From: Perkinsela sp. CCAP 1560/9
Lineage: Eukaryota > Protista > Euglenozoa: Kinetoplastea
Assembly: GCA_965644495.1 (NCBI GenBank)
Contig: CBFFSA010000006.1
Span: forward strand, 124,001 to 188,000
DNA length: 64,000 nucleotides
Direction: 5' to 3'
In this document: positions 33,201 through 40,510 of the stretch, in pieces
Position numbering within the stretch: the first letter of the stretch is position 1
How the letters are laid out: each line of letters opens with the position of its first letter
Notes under the pieces: generated by a model
Database searches by the model: none
What the model was told of the DNA's origin: nothing
What the model saw: only the letters and a program-made list of their open reading frames with translations
Translations under genes and position numbers: made by a program

Positions 33201-33914
33201 ATTGAACCTCTTGTTGCCTCGTGGGTCGAGGAAATCCTGCCGCAACACGAGCGTATTGTCGAGCTTGGGCGTCGCAGTGATAATCATGCCGAGTCTCTCC
33301 ACTCCTTGGCGAGTTCTGTACAATCCATTGATCACCACATTACGGAGACCGATTCGAAGCTTGGCTCTGTTCATGACAACATTGCAGCCCTGCAGGGTCA
33401 GCTAAATGCAGCTGAAAATAGCTTATCCACTCACGTTTCTTTGTGTGGTGACACCCTAGATAAGCACTGTTCACAAATGCAAAGCGTGGGGAATCGCATT
33501 GAACCTCTTGTTGCCTCGTGTGTCGAGGAAATCCTGCAGCGACACGAGCGTATTGTCGAGCTTGGGCGTCGCAGTGATAATCATGCAGAGTCTCTCCACT
33601 CATTGGCAATTTCGATGGATTCGAAATATTGTTTATTACATGAGGACCTTGCATTACAAAAAAGTGGTTCTTTTCAAACTGTGAGAGAGCAGACTTTGGA
33701 CATTTTTCGCGCTTTGGAGGGCAGTCTTGTATCATATTTCTGTCTTGCATTGGAAAAACGAGATGTTTACTTGGATTACGCATTAACAATGATAGGTACA
33801 TGTTCCCCGAGTATTGACAACTCTGCCTACGAATTTCCACCTGGGTTTGATGCAGCCTCTTTAATTCTTGATTTGCATAGCCGTATCGTGAATTTGGAAT
33901 GTGGTGCATTGTAA
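21297..33914 (+). CDS. Giant (4205 aa) membrane-anchored coiled-coil protein with ~37.6 x 99-aa repeats
   Basis: Uninterrupted ORF. Two N-terminal hydrophobic segments (YMYIYVTVLYTCLLWY; ALLLALFCVLLFYIQAY), a coiled-coil lead-in, the repeat array, and a unique ~100-aa C-terminus. Confidence 0.85.
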   Translation: MSGKLFVRRPAYMYIYVTVLYTCLLWYQNSQIQKQHERFSELVHWSGSVSHPGVHSNQNCGSNHTCIAGIGALYGFSSDVSPSINNEACNLNTHLRNAPKNERYPTTPLYQTVKNSSLQTLDNTRSNRECSNSELLWTQGSFIRDGDDSLVHSQEHVPKSIGRQSLHYSIIRNEFNTLYINRDSTLVIPASQVSSKESSIPPSALLLALFCVLLFYIQAYDQSNTIFNFPMKGINHVLQERKLKITEHDDTLKQQDEKILDLHLQNRTHRQHKLTQTLYNIKIIGQLRSCMEQQKILYLALSRSQQSHNDRIEILNQEAKTLQTRISQTRHHIQTKTATQLANFKQHFEQISTERTQKNESSQNKVGDIQDQLNETKKTLSAHVSLCGDTLDKHCSQIQSVENRIEPLVASCVEEILPQHERIVELGRRSDNHAESLQSLASSVQAIDHHITETDSKLGSVHDNIAALQGQLNTAENSLSAHVSLCGDTLDKHCSQIQSVENRIEPLVASCVEEILPQHERIVELGRRSDNHAESLQSMASSVQAIDHHITETDSKLGSVLDNIAALQGQLNTAENSLSAHVSLCGDTLDKHCSQIQSVENRIEPLVASCVEEILPQHERIVELGRRSDNHAESLQSLASSVQAIDHHITETDSKLGSVHDNIAALQGQLNTAENSLSAHVSLCGDTLDKHCSQIQSVENRIEPLVASCVEEILPQHERIVELRRRSDNHAESLQSLASSVQAIDHHITETDSKLGSVHDNIAALQGQLNTAENSLSAHVSLCGDTLDKHCSQIQSVENRIEPLVASCVEEILPQHERIVELGRRCDNHAESLQSLASSVQAIDHHITETDSKLGSVHDNIAALQGQLNTAENSLSAHVSLCGDTLDKHCSQIQSVENRIEPLVASCVEEILPQHERIVELGRRSDNHAESLQSMASSVQAIDHHITETDSKLGSVLDNIAALQGQQNTAENSLFAHVSLCGDTLDKHCSQIQSVENRIEPLVASCVEEILPQHERIVELGRRCDNHAESLQSLASSVQAIDHHITETDSKLGSVHDNIAALQGQLNTAENSLSAHVSLCGDTLDKHCSQIQSVENRIEPLVASCVEEILPQHERIVELGRRSDNHAESFHTLASSVQAIDHHITETDSKLGSVHDNIAALQGQLNTAENSLFAHVSLCGDTLDKHCSQIQSVENRIEPLVASCVEEILPQHERIVELGRRSDNHAESLQSLASSVQAIDHHITETDSKLGSVLDNIAALQGQLNTAENSLSAHVSLCGDTLDKHCSQIQSVENRIEPLVASCVEEILPQHERIVELGRRCDNHAESLQSLASSVQAIDHHITETDSKLGSVHDNIAALQGQLNTAENSLSAHVSLCGDTLDKHCSQIQSVENRIEPLVASCVEEILPQHERIVELGRRCDNHAESLQSLASSVQAIDHHITETDSKLGSVHDNIAALQGQLNTAENSLSAHVSLCGDTLDKHCSQIQSVENRIEPLVASCVEEILPQHERIVELRRRSDNHAESLQSLASSVQAIDHHITETDSKLGSVHDNIAALQGQLNTAENSLFAHVSLCGDTLDKHCSQIQSVENRIEPLVASCVEEILPQHERIVELGRRCDNHAESFHTLASSVQAIDHHITETDSKLGSVHDNIAALQGQLNTAENSLSAHVSLCGDTLDKHCSQIQSVENRIEPLVASCVEEILPQHERIVELGRRSDNHAESLQSMASSVQAIDHHITETDSKLGSVLDNIAALQGQLNTAENSLSAHVSLCGDTLDKHCSQIQSVENRIEPLVASCVEEILPQHERIVELGRRSDNHAESLQSMASSVQAIDHHITETDSKLGSVLDNIAALQGQQNTAENSLFAHVSLCGDTLDKHCSQIQSVENRIEPLVASCVEEILPQHERIVELGRRSDNHAESLQSLASSVQAIDHHITETDSKLGSVHDNIAALQGQLNAAENSLSAHVSLCGDTLDKHCSQIQSVENRIEPLVASCVEEILPRHERIVELGRRSDNHAESLHSLASSVQAIDHHITETDSKLGSVHDNIAALQGQLNTAENSFSTHVSLCGDTLDKHCSQIQSVENRIEPLFASCVEEILPQHERIVELGRRSDNHAESLQSLASSVQAIDHHITETDSKLGSVLDNIAALQGQLNTAENSLSAHVSLCGDTLDKHCSQIQSVENRIEPLVASCVEEILPQHERIVELRRRSDNHAESLQSLASSVQAIDHHITETDSKLGSVLDNIAALQGQQNTAENSLSAHVSLCGDTLDKHCSQIQSVENRIEPLFASCVEEILPQHERIVELGRRSDNHAESLQSLASSVQAIDHHITETDSKLGSVLDNIAALQGQLNTAENSLSAHVSLCGDTLDKHCSQIQSVENRIEPLVASCVEEILPQHERIVELRRRSDNHAESLQSLASSVQAIDHHITETDSKLGSVLDNIAALQGQQNTAENSLSAHVSLCGDTLDKHCSQIQSVENRIEPLVASCVEEILPQHERIVELRRRSDNHAESLQSLASSVQAIDHHITETDSKLGSVHDNIAALQGQLNTAENSLFAHVSLCGDTLDKHCSQIQSVENRIEPLVASCVEEILPQHERIVELGRRCDNHAESFHTLASSVQAIDHHITETDSKLGSVHDNIAALQGQLNAAENSLSAHVSLCGDTLDKHCSQIQSVENRIEPLVASWVEEILPQHERIVELGRRCDNHAESLQSLASSVQAIDHHITETDSKLGSVLDNIAALQGQLNTAENSLSAHVSLCGDTLDKHCSQIQSVENRIEPLVASCVEEILPQHERIVELGRRCDNHAESLQSLASSVQAIDHHITETDSKLGSVHDNIAALQGQLNTAENSLSAHVSLCGDTLDKHCSQIQSVENRIEPLVASCVEEILPQHERIVELRRRSDNHAESLQSLASSVQAIDHHITETDSKLGSVHDNIAALQGQLNTAENSLSAHVSLCGDTLDKHCSQIQSVENRIEPLVASCVEEILPQHERIVELRRRSDNHAESLQSLASSVQAIDHHITETDSKLGSVHDNIAALQGQLNTAENSLFAHVSLCGDTLDKHCSQIQSVENRIEPLVASCVEEILPRHERIVELGRRSDNHAESLHSLASSVQAIDHHITETDSKLGSVHDNIAALQGQLNTAENSFSTHVSLCGDTLDKHCSQIQSVENRIEPLFASCVEEILPQHERIVELGRRSDNHAESLQSLASSVQAIDHHITETDSKLGSVHDNIAALQGQLNTAENSLSAHVSLCGDTLDKHCSQIQSVENRIEPLVASCVEEILPQHERIVELGRRSDNHAESLQSLASSVQAIDHHITETDSKLGSVHDNIAALQGQLNTAENSLSAHVSLCGDTLDKHCSQIQCVENRIEPLVASCVEEILPQHERIVELGRRCDNHAESLQSLASSVQAIDHHITETDSKLGSVLDNIAALQGQQNTAENSLSAHVSLCGDTLDKHCSQIQSVENRIEPLVASCVEEILPQHERIVELGRRSHNHAESLQSLASSAQAMDHHITETDSKLGSVHDNIAALQGQLNAAENSLSAHVSLCGDTLDKHCSQIQSVENRIEPLVASWVEEILPQHERIVELGRRSDNHAESLQSLASSVQAIDHHITETDSKLGSVHDNIAALQGQLNTAENSLSAHVSLCGDTLDKHCSQIQSVENRIEPLVASCVEEILPQHERIVELGRRSDNHAESLQSLASSVQAIDHHITETDSKLGSVHDNIAALQGQLNTAENSLSAHVSLCGDTLDKHCSQIQCVENRIEPLVASCVEEILPQHERIVELGRRCDNHAESLQSLASSVQAIDHHITETDSKLGSVLDNIAALQGQQNTAENSLSAHVSLCGDTLDKHCSQIQSVENRIEPLVASCVEEILPQHERIVELGRRSHNHAESLQSLASSAQAMDHHITETDSKLGSVHDNIAALQGQLNAAENSLSAHVSLCGDTLDKHCSQIQSVENRIEPLVASWVEEILPQHERIVELGRRSDNHAESLHSLASSVQSIDHHITETDSKLGSVHDNIAALQGQLNAAENSLSTHVSLCGDTLDKHCSQMQSVGNRIEPLVASCVEEILQRHERIVELGRRSDNHAESLHSLAISMDSKYCLLHEDLALQKSGSFQTVREQTLDIFRALEGSLVSYFCLALEKRDVYLDYALTMIGTCSPSIDNSAYEFPPGFDAASLILDLHSRIVNLECGAL
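22437..33606 (+). repeat. Coding tandem array, 297-bp unit, 37 full copies plus a partial
   Basis: Unit start TCC(G/A)CTCACGTTTCT at 22437 and 33426 (37 x 297 apart). No indels, few polymorphic sites. Confidence 0.97.
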
Positions 33915-34433
33915 CGGTGGGTTCATTCAGAATAGGGGGGTATAGTATCTAATAGAATGCTGGAGATACATGTACGTACCTACATGTACGTAGACTACGT
34001 GTGTGTAACCTCTATGGCCCGATGGCGAGGAAGTGTCTTGAGGTTTGCAGTTCTCATTTCTGCTCCAACCTGAAGATGCGCCCTGACTTTACATCTCACC
34101 TGGCTTACCTGATTTTTCAGTTTTGAATATTTATTGCTTTGCAAAAATCGCACTCCAAAAGAGCTCAAAATTTTGATTTAATAGTTTTTGGTAAACCGCA
34201 TTGACAACGTTCCGACCGAACGAAACGCCTTATAAGACTTAAGTCGCTCGTAATCCATCACGAGTGCCGTGCGCATCTCGGGACACGCGCGGGAAGAAGG
34301 TAAGCACAGGGGGCGGTGCCTCTTCGTCATGAATCACCAACAAATGTACCATTTTTGAAAAAAATATACTCTGTGGAAAAAAAATACTCTTTTTTGCAGT
34401 TGTTTTCCGGTTTAGGTATGATACAGGTGTCCA

Positions 34434-34555
34434 CGGGTGAAACGGACCTCGGATTCGGAACGATTCGGTCGAAAAACAGTCCCATACAAAATATTTCCAA
34501 AATCGGACATAATACAAGACCTGTAGGGGGGAGTAAAAGAGGCTGAACACTACTG
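34434..34555 (-). mobile_element. Right TIR of the CAGTGGTGATCAGC MITE family
   Basis: GGACCTCGGATTCGGAACGATT...TACAAGACCTGTAGGGGG..TAAAAGA.GCTGA.CAC.ACTG-TA. Confidence 0.75.
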
Positions 34556-34674
34556 TAGATTTATATAGATTTATAATACTATACATGTATAGTACTACAA
34601 TTTTGTATATAGTATTGTATATAGTACTATAATGTTTTTTTCAAATACTATAAATATAAATAAAGTATAATATA

Positions 34675-35524
34675 CTATACCCCCCCTACTTATTGTCACC
34701 CCTTTTTGGAGAAAAGTGACAAATAAGTAGGGGGGTTGGTGTGTGACAAATAACTAGGGGGGTGACGTTCGGTGGGTGACAAATAACTAGGGGGGTAGGT
34801 GTCGTTGGGAGCGGCCAAAATAGAAACACTTTGTGACCTTCCCGCAGCGGGAAATTACGTCACCTTGCACACCAAACAAAGCACGGTACATGTGTGTCAC
34901 TACATGAAGTGCACACGTGTTCTCTCCAGGCTTGCTGCGGACATGACATGCATACAACGAAGTATGATGATTGAGGAGCCTCAAGATACTCGCAAAGTCT
35001 CTCTTTGAATACTTTCACATTATCTTTGTCGTGTAGAGGGGAGAGAGTGCTGGGTAGAAGGTTACTGTGGTTTGGAGCGGGGAGAGAGTGGGGTTGAAAG
35101 TTACTGTCGTGTGGAGGGGAGAGAGAGCGCGGTTGAAGGTTACTGTGATGTGGAGGGGAGAGAGAGCGCGGTTGAAGGTTACTGTGATGTGGAGGGGAGA
35201 GAGAGACTGCCCGTAATCTTCTTCCTCAGAGAACCATGAGGCGGGATAATCTAAAAATATTAAAAACGGAGCTAACGAAATAGTTTTTAAATCTAAATTG
35301 CATGCAATGAGATTTTAGAGTTAAAGAGTAATTTTTATCTAAATAGTGTGTAATTGGACAACAATATTTTTTTTTCGACACAAATCGGGGAAAAAAATCG
35401 GCGCCGCTTCGCGGCGCCTGTTTTGTCTGACTACAAAATTATGTAGGGGGGTGAATTCACTATCTTTTTCCACAAATGACAAATAAGCAGCAGGGGGGGG
35501 GGACAATTATGTAGGGGGGTACAG
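34675..35524. mobile_element. TA-flanked TIR element (CT(A/G)TACCCCCCTAC termini) carrying a minisatellite
   Basis: TA-CTATACCCCCCCTACTTATTGTC / GACAATTATGTAGGGGGGTACAG-TA, with internal GTGACAAATAA.TAGGGGGG repeats. Confidence 0.7.
35026..35265. repeat. ~36-bp minisatellite GAGAGAGCGGGGTTGAAGGTTACTGT..TGTGGAGGG (also 49490-49755 and 53228-53275)
   Basis: Tandem units followed in two copies by the same unique tail CGTAATCTTCTTC..C.GAGAA.CATGA.GCGGGATAATCTAAAAATATTAAAAA. Confidence 0.85.
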
Positions 35525-35576
35525 TATTTTCAGACCCCTGTTATTCATGATGTTTTGACAATTTTTCTTTTTTAAT

Positions 35577-35668
35577 GGCTTCGCTAAACGCGGATGTAGT
35601 CTACAACGCGAAGTGCGCGGCATGAGTGACTTCTAAGTTGAAAACAACCACCGCGTTGAACGAAGCAG
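35577..35668 (-). repeat. Copy of the 95-bp 5' hairpin (also 40262-40356 +, 52728-52847 -, partial 53189-53220)
   Basis: Reverse complement of CTTCGTTAAACGCGGTGGTTGTTTTCAACTTAGAAGTCACTCATGC.GCGC..TTCGCGTTG. Confidence 0.85.
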
Positions 35669-36567
35669 CTGAAAATGATTATTAGCGATTATTAACATAC
35701 CTAATAATTATTATTGACTTCTGCTATGTACTTGACAAGTTTTTATAAAATTCTGTACACTATTGTAAGTCAGCTTGCTCTACGGGATCGCTCACCATAA
35801 TTCTGCAAATTTGCTTTTATTATGGGACTTATATGTAAGATGTTTGTAGGTAATGGAATGAAAGGAATATCTCTCCATGGTACACTTGCCAGGCCAATAA
35901 AAAACAGTTTTATAACGATATGTTTGCTATATCTTATTTCTTGTGTTCGCTATAAAAACTGGAGAATTAAGGGACGGTTAATTACGGAACACTTTGGCAT
36001 TGATGGGGGGCGTCCCTTAACTACCCCCCGCTGATTATTTTTGATAATGATAAATGATAAATTAAATTGACTTATTTATAATAAAATAAATTTGGCGGTC
36101 TACCCCTCTTATTATCATTTATAAAAAAAGAACAGAAATCAGCATTTGGGCGAAAGTACCCGATTTATAGGGGAAAAATGCAATTTTTTCCCCCCAGATT
36201 TGGGGGTATTTTCGGCGTTCGAATTTAAAAATTTGTGACTTTGCTGTTCTAGAGAACGAAATATGTAACAACCAGGGAAAAAATTGATTTCTTATTTATC
36301 AAAAATAGATTTTTTTGATAATTCAATATCAAAATAATAGGGGATAAAAGACAAAAAAGATTCATTTATCAAAATAAATAAGAAAAAATTAATCCCGTAC
36401 CGTACTGTATAACAAAGCCCCGCACTGTACATACAGTTACCCTACTTGCTAAAGTGTGATAAAACTAGAAAAGTAAACTTGCTAGAACTGACGACTGGGC
36501 ACCCACCCGAGAATTTCTCGCAAAACAAAAAGTTCGTTTGCAATGGAGAGTATGCGGTCAATAGCTA

Positions 36568-36638
36568 CAGATACCTGGAGATACTGTATATGGAGATACC
36601 TGAAAATATCTGGAGATATGTGGAGATACCTGGAGATA
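36568..36638. repeat. 10-bp GGAGATACCT tandem (second block 37738-37783)
   Basis: Directly visible degenerate tandem. Confidence 0.7.
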
Positions 36639-38204
36639 GTTTTGAAACCGAATTCATTGCATGTCTTTATTCGCGCTTGCCCCGCGTACTCTATAATTAG
36701 TTCATTCATCTTTTCTCTTCGAGGTGGAGTGGGGCATAACCTTCGCATGATCATATTTCGAAAAAGCGGATGCTCAAGAGCTGAGCTTGGGATCCCACAC
36801 TGTGATTTCCAGATGGGGCACCTAGACCGCGAGGAGGTGCCGACCATGCTTCCCCATGCTGAGTGTGTCAGGCTTCAGTGAAGCGTATTTTACATAAACG
36901 GTATCTTTAGCTCGCGAAAAAAATCCCCCAAAAAGGGATTATCTTTTCCCCCCTCCCACATAATGTCCCTAAATGAGCATTCTACATGAGTATTCGAATA
37001 ACCAATTCTTTTGCTCATCTGTTAAGAAAGTTCCGGAGGGCGTTTTGTTAGACGAAGCACTTATCAGATTGCTGAGCAATATCATTTCTCCGATGTCGTG
37101 CGACATAGTAATCTGAAAACGTCGTAAAAAATAAATAGAATTCCTAAAAAAAGAAAAAGAAGAATGTAAGGTGTAAAACCTGAATTTTCCAAAATGTTTT
37201 ACAAATTTTAAACTTACTAATTTTTGCTTTACGAATTATTGTTACACTAATAATTGTGTGCATTGTAAGTGGTCATTAAGTCAGGGGCTGCGAGTTTGAT
37301 CTCGCATGATCCCACGAAAGGGTGTTGAAGAAAAGCCTCTTGCTCTCCCTTCGTCAAATCCTGTCATGAATTTTGAGTTTTTGTGCAAAATCTGTGGCAC
37401 TCTTCTCTAAAAAGTGGTTCACAAGATCAGACCTCATGAGAAATTTAAAAACTAACCAAAAAAATATAAAAATGTTTCTTGCCAAAAATTGACAACTTTT
37501 AGTTAAAACAACAAAATTTTGCGCCATGAATTTTAGCGATAATAATTTAGCGATACTAATTTTTGGCTTGGGTGTAATACAACTTTCTATGCGCTTCAGC
37601 CTCGTAGTTGCCATCAGATTGTCCGGACAATTTTGAAGGCTAGTTTTGACGTTTTTCAAAGGGCGTAATTAGTTCTTGGCATGCAGAGAAAGTTCCGTCT
37701 GCAATTAATTCTTAATTACACTCCTTTACTTCAAATATGGAGATACCTGGAGGTACCTGGAAATATCTGGAGATACCTGGATATAATTTTTCATCGTAGC
37801 AACCTTCTATCTATCCGGACTCTCCGATGTCGTTCATGTGCGAAAGCTGTGATAAACAAAACAATATTAGGAGCAAAAAATACTAAACGTAGTGAAGTGT
37901 TTTAGAATTATTGCAAAGACGGAATCGAAATTACTTACTCAAGCTTAAATGATGTCTTTTTCGTGTGCAACTAAAGTGAGTAAAAAATCAGTAAAAAAGG
38001 GGTAACAATCCAGAAGGGCAAGGCCCAGATAGTACAGGCGGCGGTACAGGATAGGTACCACGGCGGGGTTCGCTAGGGGGGTAGGGTTCAGGGGAGGACG
38101 AAAAGAAACATTTAATTTGCCCAGTGGGGGGATCATTATGACACGGTCTGTATTAACGGTTTCTCAATAAAGCTTTTGATGTATTGTATTTAGTTACTAC
38201 TTAT

Positions 38205-39644
38205 ATGAAAATTAAGATTTTGTCTCGGTCGGAGAAGGGATGGACTCGGCAACGTAATTGTGATTCGCGTCGTGTGCATCGAAATCTGGATCCGCGTCAA
38301 ACTCCGATGGCTACAGAGATAGAATACCAGAGGGCTCTGACAGCTGTCAAGCTGGAGCGAATGTTTGCAAAGCCATTCATTGCGTCCTTGCAACACCATG
38401 TTGACTCTATCTCATCGCTTACAATGGATTCGAACCACTTAAGCGTTGTTCTTTCGGGAAGTTGCGATGGTGGTATTAATGTGTGGAATATAGCGCGACG
38501 AAAGCTGGTTCGTTCCATACCCAATGCGCACCGTCACTTTGTTTGCGGGCTAACGAGTACACCAGACAGTACTTGCTTTCTTTCTTGCAGCACTGATAAA
38601 ACGGTGCGACTGTGGAATGGTGCCTTATTCCGCAGCAACGCATGCACGATAGAGAGTGACAACATGGAGTCGCTGGAGACCGACTCCGTTTCTGTAAGTG
38701 CCTCTATTCCGTTCGGAAAAGAACATTCTGTCATGCCCTCATGCGAGTATACGGGCATTGGGCCCTTCTCCTCAATAGATCATTCAGCAATTGATAGCCA
38801 GTTTGTTACCACCGGCTCGCAACTCGAATTGTGGGATATTACTCGTTCGCAGCCCATAAGGTCGTTTCAATGGGGACCAGAACCTGTACTCTCTGCAAAG
38901 TACAACCGTATAGAGCCCCATTTAGTGGCATTTACCTCCGCCGATCGTGGAATATCTGTATATGACATCCGGACTTCCAGTGCTATGAATAAAGTGGTTA
39001 TGGAAATGAAATCTGGTTGCCTTTCATGGAATCCAGTCGAACCCGCCAGTCTTCTGTGCGGCAATCATGACTGGAATGTTTATTTGTTTGACATTCGCAA
39101 TTTTTCAAAGGCTCAGGCTGCTTTTACTTCGCACACAGCTTCAGTTACCGATGTCGATTTCTCACCGACAGGTAAGGAATTTGTATCATGTTCATATGAC
39201 AGGACCCTAAGATTATGGAACTTGGGCGACATGAACTCCCATCAAAGTCGAGACATGTACCACACAAAACGCATGCATAAATGTTGGTCTGTGCGTTGGT
39301 CGTTGGATAACCAGTATATTGTCAGCGGGAGTGAAGATGCTTGCATTCGACTTTGGAAAGCGGATTCATCTGCTTTGATTCGTCCGGTCGGACCAACAGA
39401 AAAACGGAAGTTAAACTATCGTCGAGAGATTAAACGACGTTACCTCCATTTTCCCGAAATTCGGCGAATTGATCGACAACGGCAAATACCAAAATATATT
39501 CGCACGGCTCATCGTGTGAAGAAACAAGTATTAACAAATCGCAGAAAGAAGCAATATCGCATTCAAAAGAATAATCCCGGGCTAGCTGATGAAAACCCCC
39601 AGCAATCTATGCGCGAATCAAAAATCGTAACAATCAAAGAGTGA
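38205..39644 (+). CDS. SOF1: U3 snoRNP/SSU processome WD40 protein Sof1 (DCAF13/WDSOF1)
   Basis: MKIKILSRS..., RNLDP...P....EYQRAL.AVKLERMFAKPF, WD40 repeats, SRDMYHTKRM, SGSED..IRLWKA, FPEIRRI.R.R..PK.I. Confidence 0.95.
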   Translation: MKIKILSRSEKGWTRQRNCDSRRVHRNLDPRQTPMATEIEYQRALTAVKLERMFAKPFIASLQHHVDSISSLTMDSNHLSVVLSGSCDGGINVWNIARRKLVRSIPNAHRHFVCGLTSTPDSTCFLSCSTDKTVRLWNGALFRSNACTIESDNMESLETDSVSVSASIPFGKEHSVMPSCEYTGIGPFSSIDHSAIDSQFVTTGSQLELWDITRSQPIRSFQWGPEPVLSAKYNRIEPHLVAFTSADRGISVYDIRTSSAMNKVVMEMKSGCLSWNPVEPASLLCGNHDWNVYLFDIRNFSKAQAAFTSHTASVTDVDFSPTGKEFVSCSYDRTLRLWNLGDMNSHQSRDMYHTKRMHKCWSVRWSLDNQYIVSGSEDACIRLWKADSSALIRPVGPTEKRKLNYRREIKRRYLHFPEIRRIDRQRQIPKYIRTAHRVKKQVLTNRRKKQYRIQKNNPGLADENPQQSMRESKIVTIKE

Positions 39645-39657
39645 GCAATATACTTCA

Positions 39658-39658
39658 C

Positions 39659-39693
<35 letters not shown>
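39658..39693. repeat. (GA)n microsatellite in the 3' flank of SOF1
   Basis: Directly visible. Confidence 0.9.
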
Positions 39694-39697
<4 letters not shown>

Positions 39698-40261
39698 TAC
39701 AGGATTGGCAGGCCGTTGGGGCGTACGCTAGCTGGGCGGGGAGGGAAACTTCCTTAACAATAGACGCTGCATTCCAGTGACATTAACGATTTTTACAGTT
39801 CAGTAAGTGTTGCATTTCGGTACTTATAATCTAGTTAAAAACTAATCCTATAAGCTTCGTTTTCATATTGCACGCATGTTATACGCTCTATTCGTTAGGA
39901 TTAGTAAGAAATTGAACGCGAGCACCAATACTCGCACAACAGTTGAATCAACTGGGAGTCAAAAATTCCGCTTTTATTTCAAACGAAAAATGCATTTCTT
40001 TTGCCAAAGTTGTTTTCTTTGGACCCCTCGTTGCATTACCTCCGACAATTCTTTTTAAGATATTCTGAGTTATCCCGAATATGGTGTCACGAACTAAATA
40101 ATGGTGTCACGGGGTTTGTTCGGAGGTAAACCAGGTGGCCAAACAGTGAAAATATAAAGGAGAACACAATAATATACCGGTGAAACTTTAATTAAGAATA
40201 ACATTAATTAACGTAATTTCTGACGAGAAAAAAATGTTTACGTTAATTAATTTCTGTTTTA

Positions 40262-40510
40262 GGCTCTTCGTTAAACGCGGTGATTGCTTTCAACTTAGAA
40301 GTCACTCATGCTGCGCGCTACGCGTTGAAAACTACCTCCGCGTTTAACGAAGAGCCTAATAAAGAAAATTCGGCCTGGAAAGCTGAAGAAAAAGGAAAGA
40401 TTATAGCCAAACATAGCCGATTTTCGGATTCAAAATGGGGTGATTTTTGCCTATTTTTGCTCTCAGAGCACTAAATCCGACATTTGCGTGCGGGAAATCA
40501 CTCGTATGAC
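40262..40510 (+). repeat. 5' portion of the hairpin-terminated family (homologous to 4813-5060)
   Basis: The 95-bp hairpin plus downstream AAAGAAAATTCGGCCTGGAAAGCT...AGAGCACTAAATCCGA is shared with 4813-5060. Confidence 0.85.

Noticed and set aside
22482-33909. Dozens of short ORFs on both strands within the 297-bp array
   Set aside because: They are alternative-frame shadows of the repeated coding unit of the 4205-aa ORF.
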